64,000 nt of DNA from positions 434,001-498,000 of the forward strand of contig JAUFOQ010000010.1 in assembly GCA_040285855.1 (NCBI GenBank), read 5' to 3'. Below the pieces are notes generated by a model that was not told the origin of the DNA, ran no database searches, and saw only the letters and a list, made by a program, of their open reading frames with translations. The position numbers and the translations under genes were made by a program. Shown here piece after piece: positions 50,560 through 62,118 of this stretch. How positions within the stretch are numbered: the stretch's first letter is position 1; the number at the start of each line of letters is the position of its first letter. The stretch comes from Eukaryota sp. GEM-RC1 (lineage: Eukaryota).

Positions 50560-50940
50560 CAGAAGAGGATCAATTTCACCACTATACTCACAGTTTCATA
50601 CCATTTCATAAGTGACATCACGAACAGCATTATGTAACACATATCAACGTTGGCAAATATATTGTAACTAATAACATGACGAAATGTGGCTGTAGAACTG
50701 TTTTCGCAAACACACATCGAATTATTTAGCAATCCACTAGGGAATAATCCTAATGGAAGACGCATTTTTGCTTCCAATCATCATTGTTCAAGTACAAGCC
50801 ATGATTGTCAAGGTTGTTGAATGACAGAGCTAGAACAATGTTGAATGTCAAATAAAAAGCTGCAAAGACGGGATTATCACTTTTAGTCACACTAAGTCTT
50901 TTACTCAAATCCACGTCTTCCAACCCAAGTAACATTGCAT
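50560..50940 (-). mobile_element. Degenerate non-LTR retrotransposon fragment (region before and including a Zn knuckle)
   Basis: MRLPLGLFP..CVC..RHVI resembles the RLxLG..CxC..H pattern that precedes RLE domains. Frameshifted. Confidence 0.4.
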
Positions 50941-51524
50941 TCTGTAACTTAACTACAGCAAGAGGTAGATACTCAATTGATCGATCGGGAATGGATGAAA
51001 CACTTTTTGGGAAGCTTTAACAATATTTAAAAGTGTTTCATCGGATCCATTCTACAACAATAATCCCAACATTTTTTCATCATCTTACATAACATTTCTA
51101 ACACCTCATTCATTAGAAGTAGAGCCATTACTTTCATTAGTTTGAGAAAAAATAATTCAATTATATAAATCATCTTTATTTCCGTATGCTTTCATTTGCT
51201 CCAAACTTCAACAGGCAAACCTTGAACTACCTAAATTATTTCATAGATAGTGTTTATTTTTTTTGAGAAAAAACATCAGGTCTTAGATTTCTTTAAAATT
51301 CGCTTTGAAGAAGCTACAAAATCTTTTCTTTAAATATTTTGTAAGTTTAGATTTTACAGTTCGTCTTAGCTCGGTCAAGGAAAAAACCAGCTTTCGCTAA
51401 ATTTTTAATTGATTTAAAGGAGGATTCTGTTATGGCATTAATAAGTCAAATTCCACAAGTATATGGTTTATTATTAAACGATCATCAATGGACCGCTACA
51501 ATGAGACTTCGTTGTTATTTATGG

Positions 51525-52799
51525 TCATACAAATTGCCAAATGATCTTCTTTGTAACTAGGACTGTGCAGGTTTGGGTTTCCAAAAAAGTTGTAACTGTA
51601 GTGTTAACTTTCAACGCCTCTGCCAATGCTCTAGTACCTTCAGCTCCGATAGAGTTGTTCCACAGATGAATACTTGTAATTGTATTATTAACTTTCAACA
51701 TCTCTGCCAATGCTCTAGCACCTTCAGCTCTAATAGAGTTTCCACCTAGATTAACACTTGTAACTGTAGTGTTAACTTTTAACATCTCTGCCAAAGCTCT
51801 AGCACCTTCATCTCCAACAGAGTTAACACGAAGATCAATACTTGTAACTGAAGTGTTAACTTTCAACACCTCTGCCAATACTCTAGCACCTTCAGCTCTA
51901 ATAGAGTTTCCACCTAGATTAACACCTGTAACTGAAGTATTAACTTTCAACATCTCTACCAATGCTCTAACACCTTCAGCGCTAATAGAGTTTGCACCTA
52001 GATAGACACTTGTAATTGTATTATTAACTTTCAATACCTCTGCCAATGCTCTAGCACCTTCATCTCCTATTCGGTTTCCACCTAGATCAACACTTGTAAT
52101 TGTATTATTAACTTTCAATACCTCTGCCAATGCTCTAGCACCTTCATCTCCTATTCGGTTTCCATTAAGATTAAGATTTGTCACTGTAGTATTAACTTTC
52201 AACAATTCGATTAATGCCATAGAAATAAAACGATGAGAACGAACATGAAACTGCTTAAGATTAGGAAAGAAAAAGGAAGACTTGTTAAGAAATTCCAAGT
52301 CATTGTCACTCTGAAAATTGAATCTCAATCCTGATATTAAATGAGCATACTTACGAAATTCATCTACTTGAAAGTTTCCGTCTACGTACAAGAAAACAGA
52401 TTGTACTTCTGCTCCAAAGAAAGAAGCAATTGAACAGAGTTGCGGAAGCTCTTCAGAAACAACAGGAAGCGTGTTTATTTGGAAAAACACCTTGATTGAC
52501 AGAAGCGAAGATTCAAAGAAATGATGGCTTACATAGCCAACAATCTCAAAGAAAGATGAGAGTTCCACCTCCAAACTAAAGAAAGAAGGAAAACGCTCCC
52601 TAGGATTCACTTCTAAGGAAGACTTGAAAAGACGTCTAAGCAAGTGAAGATTGATTAAAATCAACAGAGACTGCTGCAAACGGATACCCTTCGACTGAGG
52701 GATCGAGGATGGCGAAGAGGAAAGTGTGTCAGAGTTAAGTTGGGGGGAAGAGACATCAGAAGACGAGAAAAAACTGGAAGGAATGGATGTAACAGCCAT
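51525..52799 (-). CDS. LRR family-2 protein, close paralogue of 54893-56494, 3'-truncated (possible pseudogene)
   Basis: Highly similar from PQSKGIRLQQSLL onward. The LRR pattern breaks off at about 51590 with no family C-cap. The start codon is uncertain. Confidence 0.7.
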   Translation of the reverse strand: MAVTSIPSSFFSSSDVSSPQLNSDTLSSSPSSIPQSKGIRLQQSLLILINLHLLRRLFKSSLEVNPRERFPSFFSLEVELSSFFEIVGYVSHHFFESSLLSIKVFFQINTLPVVSEELPQLCSIASFFGAEVQSVFLYVDGNFQVDEFRKYAHLISGLRFNFQSDNDLEFLNKSSFFFPNLKQFHVRSHRFISMALIELLKVNTTVTNLNLNGNRIGDEGARALAEVLKVNNTITSVDLGGNRIGDEGARALAEVLKVNNTITSVYLGANSISAEGVRALVEMLKVNTSVTGVNLGGNSIRAEGARVLAEVLKVNTSVTSIDLRVNSVGDEGARALAEMLKVNTTVTSVNLGGNSIRAEGARALAEMLKVNNTITSIHLWNNSIGAEGTRALAEALKVNTTVTTFLETQTCTVLVTKKIIWQFV

Positions 52800-54542
52800 T
52801 GCAAGTAATTGATAGAAGATTTGTAATGAATGAGATAGTCTTTGAGACAGGAAATGGTGGGTGGATACAAACAGTATTTCGCCATAACCTCCATGTGTGC
52901 CATGAATCAAAACGCCATAATACATACGCCATCATTGCATGGCATTTGAAAATTGGGTCACAATGGTCGAACATCATGATGGTTAAGCTGAACGGCGGTG
53001 AATCACCGTACTTCTTTCAAACATGCATTCCCAAAAGATCGTTCAGTTTTCTTTAATTGTGGTTCTCTTTTCGATAATTTTTGATTACTTTTTCCTGATC
53101 TTTGCACGTTTTTTGTCTAAGAGAGTGGCATTTGAGAGCAGTTCGCAATAATGAATATCATCTATTGATTGAAAAGAAAATGCAAAAACACATCAATAAA
53201 CTGACGTACCTAGATTGCTTTGGGATGAAGACTTGTCTTCTACTATTTACATACCACTGCTGATGATGACGAGCTTGTGCAGTGTTTGTTTTTGCTTAAT
53301 GGTTTGCATCCATTTCCACCTCTTTCTCAAACATACTTAGTAGTAGCAGGACATATCACACTGAAAAAATGTGGCAATTCACATTGATCACAAACCTGTT
53401 GCAAATTGAAGCTTTAGTATCGAAGTGCTTTAATGAATCCTTTTGTTCATGACATATTGTACGGATTGCGTCAACATCTCTTACTCAAAAAAAGTACGAT
53501 TTGTTTGTTCTGAGATACAGAATATTGTAAGTAATAACATTCAAAATAAACAGTATGAATACGTGATAGTGGGATTTTTCGATCGTAAACATGTTTAAAA
53601 ATCTTTAAGTGGTCAACTACAATACTGAACCATCAGACCCCTGTGGGGAAGTCAAAGCAGATCCTGAAATATTTACAAACAATATTACAAAAATCATCAT
53701 AAAAGTTGTCACGTCGATCATGAGACGAAGATTCATCGAACTTAATTATTGATGTGGGTACTTCAAAAGTGTTATCACAGATCGAGGTTAGACTAATTAC
53801 TGGGGATATGCGGGGACTCAAGTCAAATCAAAGCGGTTCAAGTTAAGTAAATTAACAGCGCTTCTAATTAACATGACTCTACTAATTCGGCAACATTACA
53901 ACACTTACGGATCAGCACTTTTCAAGACGTCCATTAATTACTCAAATTGCCTTGTAGAAATATTTTTTATTGTCTATTTTATTTGAGTCACATCTTCGCT
54001 AGTTATATTTGTTAGGCACAACCTTGGAGTGCGTACTGTTGTGAGTTGCCAAAAGATCTGAAGTCATTTAAATAGTTCCTTTCATAAGCCATCCTTACTA
54101 GCAAACTTTGTCGAACACATGCGACCTTTTCCGTTGAAAGGAACTGCTTAAAGTAATTGTAAATTGAGTAAATATCAAAATAGGTATGCTATTTTCAATA
54201 TTGGTTTGGTTAAACAGAATCTTTCAAACCAATGTTATTCACCTACTTCCATTTCTTTTTTTTAAAAAAAAACTACTTCGTTGTTTAAACACAATGTGTT
54301 CACCCTACAACAACAAACCTTGTAGAATCATACATTTTCCAAAAACTGTTCGTGAAAAATTACCAATATCTTAAAATACTTTGAAAACCACCACTTTGTC
54401 CTAAGCGTTCCTTTATACGAGCAAAAGACTGGACACCAAAGATTCCAACTAATTATTGGCAGCTGACTTAATACAAAATAAGCGACCGTTGTTAAAAAGT
54501 TTCACAATGAGAAACGTGTTCATTGAGAAATTAGTGGAATTA

Positions 54543-54711
54543 GATATTATTACTGATTCTTAACACATGTAGATTAATATTTTATGGTTTTAATGTGTTT
54601 AAAAGAACACATTAAACAGAGTTACAAACCTTGTAATCATGTGGAAAAATCTCATACTTTGTCTTTGATTAGACTTCAATTTTAAAACATTGGTTGATCT
54701 TAGATGAATGT
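54543..54711 (+). repeat. Dispersed repeat; second copy at about 60953-61392 interrupted by a retroelement fragment
   Basis: Shared text attactgattcttaa..aaaatctcatactttgtcttt..gacttcaattttaaaacattggttgatcttagatgaatgt. Confidence 0.8.
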
Positions 54712-54892
54712 CATCAATTTTTCCCAATCATCAAATTTTAATCAGAAACAACGATGACGTCGACGATAAGTGAAAGTGTACAAAAAATCTATTTGATCAA
54801 GAACATAATAAATATAAAGACAAAGTATACATATAAAAATTTGTAATCCATACCTTTAAGTACAAACAAATAAAATAAATCAATTTAGAACA

Positions 54893-56494
54893 TTATGATT
54901 CCAAATCAAGCAGATGCACTCCCAATATTTTAACTTTTCTATTAATTTTCAACATATCTGCCAACTCAATGACAACTTCAGCACCAATAGAGTTTTCACC
55001 TAGATCAATACTTGTAACTGTAGTATTAATTTTCAACGCTTCTGCCAATGCTCTAGCACCGTCAGCTCCGATAGAGTTGTTCCACAGATTAACACTTGTA
55101 ATTGTATTATTAACTTTCAATACCTCTGCCAATGCTCTAGCACCTTCAGCTCCGATAGAGTTGTTCCACAGATTAACACTTGTTATTGTAGTATTAATTT
55201 TCAACGCTTCTGCCAAAGCTATGGCACCTTCAGCTCCGATAGAGTTGTCATTCAAATTAATGGTAGCTACTGCAGTGTTAATTTTCAACGCTTCTGCCAA
55301 AGCTATGGCACCTTCATCTCCGATGTAGTTGCCCAAAAGAATAACACTTGTAACTGCAGTGTTAACTTTTAACATCTCTGCCAATGCTCTAGCACCTTCA
55401 TCTCTAACACGGTTGGACAAAAGAATAACACTTGTAACTGCAGTGTTAACTTTTAACATCTCTGACAATGCTCTAGCACCTTCAGCTCCAACAGAGTTAA
55501 CACGAAGATCAATTCTTGTAACTGTTGTATTCACTTTCAACGCATCTGCCAATGCTGTGGCACCTTCATCTCTAATAGAGTTTCCACCTAGATTAATACT
55601 TGTGACTGTTGTATTCACTTTCAACGCATCTGCCAATGCTGTGGCACCTTCATCTCGAATAGAGTTTCCACCTAGATTAATACTTGTGACTGTTGTATTC
55701 ACTTTCAACATCTCCGACAATTCTCTAGCACCTTCAGACTTAACGCTGTTTGCACCTAGATCAACACCTGTAATTGTATTATTAACTTTCAGAACATCTG
55801 CCAATGCTCTAGCACCTTCAGCTCCTATGCGGTTTCCATTAAGACTAAGATTTGTCACTGTAGTATTAACTTTCAACAATTCGATTAATGTCATAGAAAT
55901 AGAACGATAAGCACGAACATGAAACTGCATGAGATTAGGAAAGAAAAAGGAAGACTTGTTAAGAAATTCCAAGTCACTGATTTCCTCTAAATTCAATCTC
56001 AATCCTGATATTAAATGAGAATAATTACGAAATTCATCTACTTTAAAGTTGTCGTCTACGTACAAGAAAACAGACTGTACTTCTGCTCCAAAGAAAGAAG
56101 CAATTGAACAGAGTTGCGGAAGCTCTTCAGGAACAACAGGAAGCGTGTTTATTTGGAAAAACATCTTGATTGACAGAAGTGAAGATTCTAAGAAATACTG
56201 GCTTACATAGCCAACAATCTCAAAGAAAGATGAGAGCTCCATCTCCAATCTAAAGAAAGAAGGAAAACGTTCCCTAGGATTCACTTCTAAGGAAGACTTG
56301 AAAAGACGTCTAAGCAAGTGAAGATTGATTAAAATCAACAGAGACTGCTGCAAACGGATACCCTTCGACTGAGGGAACGTGGATGACGAAGAGGGAAGTG
56401 TAGATGATGAGGTAACAAAAACATCGTTGTAAGTACTTGATATATCATCTTTTGACAAGCAACTACTTTTCAGTGGAGGCTCAGGATAAAACAT
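54893..56494 (-). CDS. LRR family-2 protein, about 11 LRRs
   Basis: Intact 533-aa ORF from ATG (MFYPEPPLKSS) with the family block, 28-aa LRRs and the KVKILGV cap. Confidence 0.88.
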   Translation of the reverse strand: MFYPEPPLKSSCLSKDDISSTYNDVFVTSSSTLPSSSSTFPQSKGIRLQQSLLILINLHLLRRLFKSSLEVNPRERFPSFFRLEMELSSFFEIVGYVSQYFLESSLLSIKMFFQINTLPVVPEELPQLCSIASFFGAEVQSVFLYVDDNFKVDEFRNYSHLISGLRLNLEEISDLEFLNKSSFFFPNLMQFHVRAYRSISMTLIELLKVNTTVTNLSLNGNRIGAEGARALADVLKVNNTITGVDLGANSVKSEGARELSEMLKVNTTVTSINLGGNSIRDEGATALADALKVNTTVTSINLGGNSIRDEGATALADALKVNTTVTRIDLRVNSVGAEGARALSEMLKVNTAVTSVILLSNRVRDEGARALAEMLKVNTAVTSVILLGNYIGDEGAIALAEALKINTAVATINLNDNSIGAEGAIALAEALKINTTITSVNLWNNSIGAEGARALAEVLKVNNTITSVNLWNNSIGADGARALAEALKINTTVTSIDLGENSIGAEVVIELADMLKINRKVKILGVHLLDLES

Positions 56495-56639
56495 TGTAGT
56501 AATGATCTGGGTGCGGGGAGCCTCGGGGGAGGTGGATTTAGTCTAAGCCTTGTATTGTAGTTGCAAAACAAATGGAATGTCTCAGCGTTTACACGTACTA
56601 GTAGATCAAACACGATCAATACCATCTTCTCATCCTTAT

Positions 56640-57600
56640 TCCTTCATGGATTGTCCTCTCCAGCCCATTAGACTTCAATTCTCTTCACTTGTATTGGTCA
56701 ATTATCTCTTCATCAAACGAATCTTCACGTCTTCTCTTGAGGAAGACCTTTGGGATCCCAGTTTTCCCTTCCTTCGTTTAACAAAGGAACTTCTCTTCTT
56801 CTTTGAAAACCTTGGTTACGTGAGTCAACGTTTCTTTGATTCTACTTATCCATCACTACAAGTGTTCTTTGAAACAAACACGTTTCCGATTGCTTCTGAA
56901 CAACTTTCTCAGCTACTTTCACTTGCTTCTTTCATTGGTGCAAATGTTCGATCTCTTTTCTTACACGTGGACAGCTGATTCGGCCCTGAAGCTCTTTTCT
57001 CATCACGTCACGTGATTTCAGGATTAAAGTTGAATATTGACTTGAATATTGATTACTTCAGACTTCAACTTTCTTAACTTTTCTTCTCCTTTTTTCTTTC
57101 CACTTCTCCAACGTTTGGATCTCTTTGTTGGGGAGGAAAATGATTCTCACGGAGATTCCGATCACCAAGTCATTGTATTGACTGAATCACAGAAATTTAT
57201 TACTACTATTACTGACATTAATCTCAGTAGTAACTTCATTGGTCCTAAAGGTGCAGTAGCTTTAGGATCATGGTTAACATTAAATACTACTGTTATTAGA
57301 ATTCATTTAGGGTGAATTTATATTTGAGCTGAAGGGGTAATTGCATTGGCTGAAGCATTGAAAGTTAATTGTTCAATTACCAATAGCTAATGCTTAGGAA
57401 GTGAATTCCTCTTGATCATAATTTATTTGTTTTACTCTTAATGAAATCGATCTTCGGAATAACTCTATTGTCAATGAAGGAGCTTTGGCTAATGGTTTAA
57501 AATTGATTTCTACTTTAACTAAAGTCAATCTATGGGGAAATTCAATTGCTACTCAAGGAGCAAATGAATTAACATATAATCCACAAGTTGATTTTATATG
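56640..57600 (+). pseudogene. Decayed LRR family-2 gene, head-to-head with 54893-56494
   Basis: IRLQFSSLVLVN..LGYVSQRFFDS..FFETNTF..LASFIGANVRSLFLHV followed by stops (56976, 57313), frameshifts and residual LRRs (INLSSNFIGPKGAVAL). Confidence 0.8.
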
Positions 57601-60600
57601 CTATCAATTACAATTTAGTCAAAAACTTCGTTGAAATTGATTCTGTTCAATATACCAGAAGTATTTCAAAAGTTTGATACTGAGGAGTGTTTTTGTTTTA
57701 AACACGTTGGGTTCAAGTTCCACTATTTATCAGTAGAAATTTTAAATTTCCCCTTAATGGGATGTTATTTACATGTGATGTGTTCAATTAGATTCATCAC
57801 GTGTTTTGCTCAAAGTTTTAAATTAGACGACTTTTACTACTGTCGTTCTTTTTTATTGTGTCCACTATGTAGAGAAAGTAATTTTCTTTACAAATTTGAA
57901 AATTAATTACCAGGAATGTTTTGAGATCTTTAATTATCTTATTGGTAACTATCCAGAATCCCAATTTTTTAATAATAAGTACCAGTTTTTTATTAAATCG
58001 AGTGGTTTTACATGAATCTAGTGGGGTAGTGGAACCAAGACTCAATTGTCAAAAGCCTCCACCGTAAGTTAACTCGAACCGACTCTGGAACTCATCTTCA
58101 TTTATTCAGGAAATGATTATCATTATCAGTTCTTTTTTTCGTTCGCATTGGGAAACAGCTATCATCATATGTTCCTTGAACACGCTCTTACTAAGAAAAG
58201 CATCGACTGTGAGATAGCTTCTACTGTGTTCAAGTCTTCGATAGATGGACCAGAATCCCAAAATATCTTATCGAACTCTCTCTTTCCGGACTACATCACC
58301 TTAAATTCGCATTGGTCGACATGGTTAGCGTCCGAGTGTGGAAGACTGATCTCATACGTTTGAACAGTATTATTATTATTTGAACAGTCAAATACGGGGA
58401 GAACTGATGGAGAAATTCCTGAAGGGTGGATCTACTACTAGAGCTAATTTGAATGGAAAGTAATGGTTTTCCACCATGAAATCCCATGATGCACTTGTAG
58501 AACACAACGGAAGGACAAAAGTCAAGTCGGGAAGTGCTCAACAAGAAGTTAATGATGTGTAATGATGTGTTTTCGAGCAACTTGAATCAGAAAGACAAGA
58601 TAAGACAGTTCTGAAGTACATCAGCGTAAGAAGACATGACGATGTACGAAATGAGGAGAGAGGAAGGGGAGGAGTGGTAGGTCAAAATTGCAAAAGAAGA
58701 AAGTGGACGGACAAAAATGTAGACGTGAAGGTCATAAAGAATTCAAATTTGAAAATTTACTGGGTCAAAACCACAGGAAATTTTAGAGAAATATTGCAAA
58801 TATTTTTGACCGAAGGGGGTGGCCTTCTATTAGATGTGGATTTTGGGGTGGCGTTGTATTAGATGTTTTAGAGTTTTTTGTTTGTTGGCCTAGCCGTTCC
58901 ATGACATCCACATCAGTATTCAAATCAAAGTCAAAGTTCATTATTTGTGATGTTGTGTCCAGAGTTGATTTGCAGAATCCATTGATGAATGGAGGTAATT
59001 TCTTTAAAGTTATTGATGTTATACATCTTCATTTTGCTGTTGTTTCGTAAAGAATTCAGCGAGACTCAAGCGTTCATTATTTATTTCATTGATGAACAGT
59101 AAAACAAGATTTATTACCTTGAGAGTTATGTGTATAATGGTATTTTTTAAATGAAGAGAATGAATTGTACTCTGCTGGCTCTGTATAGTATGGGTGTTCG
59201 TCGTGGCATACTTAGCGTGCAAGATAGAGAAGTCACTCTTTGAAGTGCCATCTTTTGTACAAATTTGGTAACGCTATCAAAGGCTTCATATGCTTCAGAA
59301 AGTTGGCGAACAAATACGTAGTCGTTGAAACAAAGATCGCACCTTTCACGTCAGAACCAAACTGTTCGTAAGTTTGTAGGTCAATATATTTCAACTGTCT
59401 CCGAATCATTGAAATCGAACAGAGTCAGACAAGGAGTACAAGAAAGGCAACATAGCAGAGATCTGCCAACAGAGTTTTTACCTAACATTTGTCGGACATA
59501 AAGAAACAGATCCTTCAGAAGTAAGAAAGCAGGGAGAATCAGGAGAAGAATCATCAAAAAGATGAACATCGGAAGCAAACAGATTTTCATGGGACAAATA
59601 CAAAGAAAGAGCTGTGTCTTCCACGTTCTTCCGAACAGGACATTTGTCGTGACTAATTGAAAGGCAAACACTGCATTTCCTAGGCAACTGACGAAGAGTA
59701 CATGCCTTTCGAAGAGGGGGGCTTAGCAAGGTTGAATATAATTGAAACCATGATACAAACAAATCATTGAGATTGTTGAGGACTAGCTGTCTCACACCAC
59801 TTAAATGACGAAGTTCGATGAGAAGTCACTATGACGGATGAGGAAATTGTCGAAGCTGTGAAAAAAGATGTATACTTTTTCTATAGGATAAGTGTTAAAT
59901 GAAATGAATGTAATTTTCATTGACATTGGCATGTTGTTTCGTAGCTCGCAGTTTAGTTATTTAATTGTAATATAATCAGATTTTAAACTTTGCATCACTT
60001 AGGAAATCTATTTAAAAACTAATTCAGCTGAATTACGATCAACTTGCAATTCTTTTGAGTACGCATCAATTATAGTTCAATTCGATATGAAAATCTGTCA
60101 ACGCAGTTTGAATTGGTTGCATCGAACAAATATACACCGTTTATCATAGTTTTTTTCATTTTACCGATAATGTGTATTGTTGTGTTTATCAGCATAATCA
60201 GTTTCTTTGGTGAAGTAGATTCCCAGTTCTGAATTTCTTCCATAAATATATCTTCCCCCCCTCCATTTCATCCATCAATATTTAAATCATCCTATTAAAA
60301 AGGTATGTACCTTGTCGATGCCTTTTTCCACCCTTACTGAGTTGACGAAAAGCCTAGGTAACGCTTCAGAAGAGGCCATGGCCAGACCTCAATCAGTTTT
60401 AACTTGTGGTTTGAAAGTATGTACATCATCAAAAGAGATACGCAATAGTAAATAGTTTTCCACAATTTACTTTTATACTTTGAAATAAAGGCAAGTGATC
60501 GTGACATTTCTCCACAACTTGATTGAGAAAATTTTACGGTCTTCACTTATTTATGCTTTAACAAAACACAACAAGAAGTTGATGTCTTCCTCATTGTTAA

Positions 60601-61082
60601 ACAATCCACCAAATCTCATTAGACAAATGCTGCCTGTGAAGATCAGAACACAGGCATCATTGTTTTCAATTGGGTGGTATTTATGTTGTAGATTTAGAGT
60701 GTTGTGTAAATTACAAAAGAACTATTTACCTCCCCCTTACATCTTAGAGGTTTTGTCACTACAATTCAGGTTTCCTCTATTATGTTCACCCATTTGAGTG
60801 CACCAAGATCAACACCTACCTCCGAAGACAATTTATGAGCCAAGTAGCAACACTTGCTTTCAGTGATTTACACAAAGCCATAAAAAGCATAAAAATGATG
60901 CTTTTTTCTGCTCCAGCTTGTACCTCATTAGTGACGGAGATATTAGCGGAAGCAGATACTATTACTGATTCTTAACCAAATGTAAATTAATATTTTATGG
61001 TTTTAATGATTTTTAAAAGAACACGTTAAACAGAATTACAAACCTTGTGATCATGCGGAAAAATCTCATACTTTGTCTTTAA

Positions 61083-61341
61083 TCTCTTAAAGATACATAA
61101 AGTCTAAAGACGTAAACAAAATTGACAATACTATTCCATGACATGGTCCTAGTCTCGAACCCCAAAAGTTTCTTCAAAATTCCGTCCAAATACTGAAACA
61201 TTGAACGAAATATAGAAAAAACGAGACGATACTTCCAAAAACTAATGATAAACTTCGTACCAAAGTCACAACACAAATTGATTACAAGATGACAAAAACC
61301 TTTGAGCTGCAAAACCCAAATTTCCATAAATTGATATCTTA
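61083..61341 (-). mobile_element. 5'-truncated non-LTR retrotransposon insertion with 8-bp TSD
   Basis: Minus strand reads ISIYGNLGFAAQRFL..FWKYRLVFSIFRS. Flanked by GTCTTTAA (61075-61082 and 61342-61349). The empty site is seen in the paralogous segment near 54661. Confidence 0.7.
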
Positions 61342-62118
61342 GTCTTTAACTTTGACTTCAATTTTAAAACATTGGTTGATCTTAGATGAATGTGACCAAA
61401 GCAAAAGAATGTTTCAATGACTAGGGGTCCTGTTCTACTTCAATCATTAATGCCAATCGGTTCTCTTGTCTAAAATCAACGTTATCAAATCCAATGAGGC
61501 CGTGATAACAGTCAACTGTTTATGAACTACTTATCACGGCGACTGATTGAAACAGAGGTCAAATTCATGTGTATATCAAAGGAATACGTGTCTATAGTGA
61601 ATGAATCTTATTATTCTCACGAACAACTTGTACTAGAAAGAATGTACGAATAATTCAAACATCAGTTCTAAATTTTTTACTTAAACAAATAATTCCTATG
61701 AATGTTTGCTACGTAAAACTGGATCAACGATATTTAAGCAAACACTAACTTCAATTGAAAAATGTTTTAATAACATGACAGATTTCTTCAAAAGTCAAAA
61801 TTCACAAATACTTACAAATTATGGACTTTCGTCACTATCAGATTCTGCACGTACTTCATCAGTTGACGTCATCAATCCATTACGACTGCGATCACTACGA
61901 GCATTAGATTCTCCAAAAAAAGAAAAGATTGTCTTTCATTGTAGTGGTTGTTTAGTTAGTGTCTGTTAGTTATTAACTTCTGCAAATGCATTTATTTCAC
62001 TGACTGATCATAAACCCCGTTTTTTTGTAGTGATATTGTTCAAAACAAAATCCATTAAATATATATAAATATAGAATTTATTAACACGAGAAATATCAAT
62101 ACAAGTTTTCACAAAAAT

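Noticed and set aside
1738..55910. Many antisense ORFs over LRR genes (e.g. 1738-2175, 15869-16510, 38809-39468, 55329-55910)
   Set aside because: They are shadow frames of the repetitive sense-strand LRR or linker coding sequence.
59230..59880. Possible pogo/Tigger transposase tail (MTDEEIVEAVKK at about 59831)
   Set aside because: Only one short motif, with no DDE region or TIRs identified.
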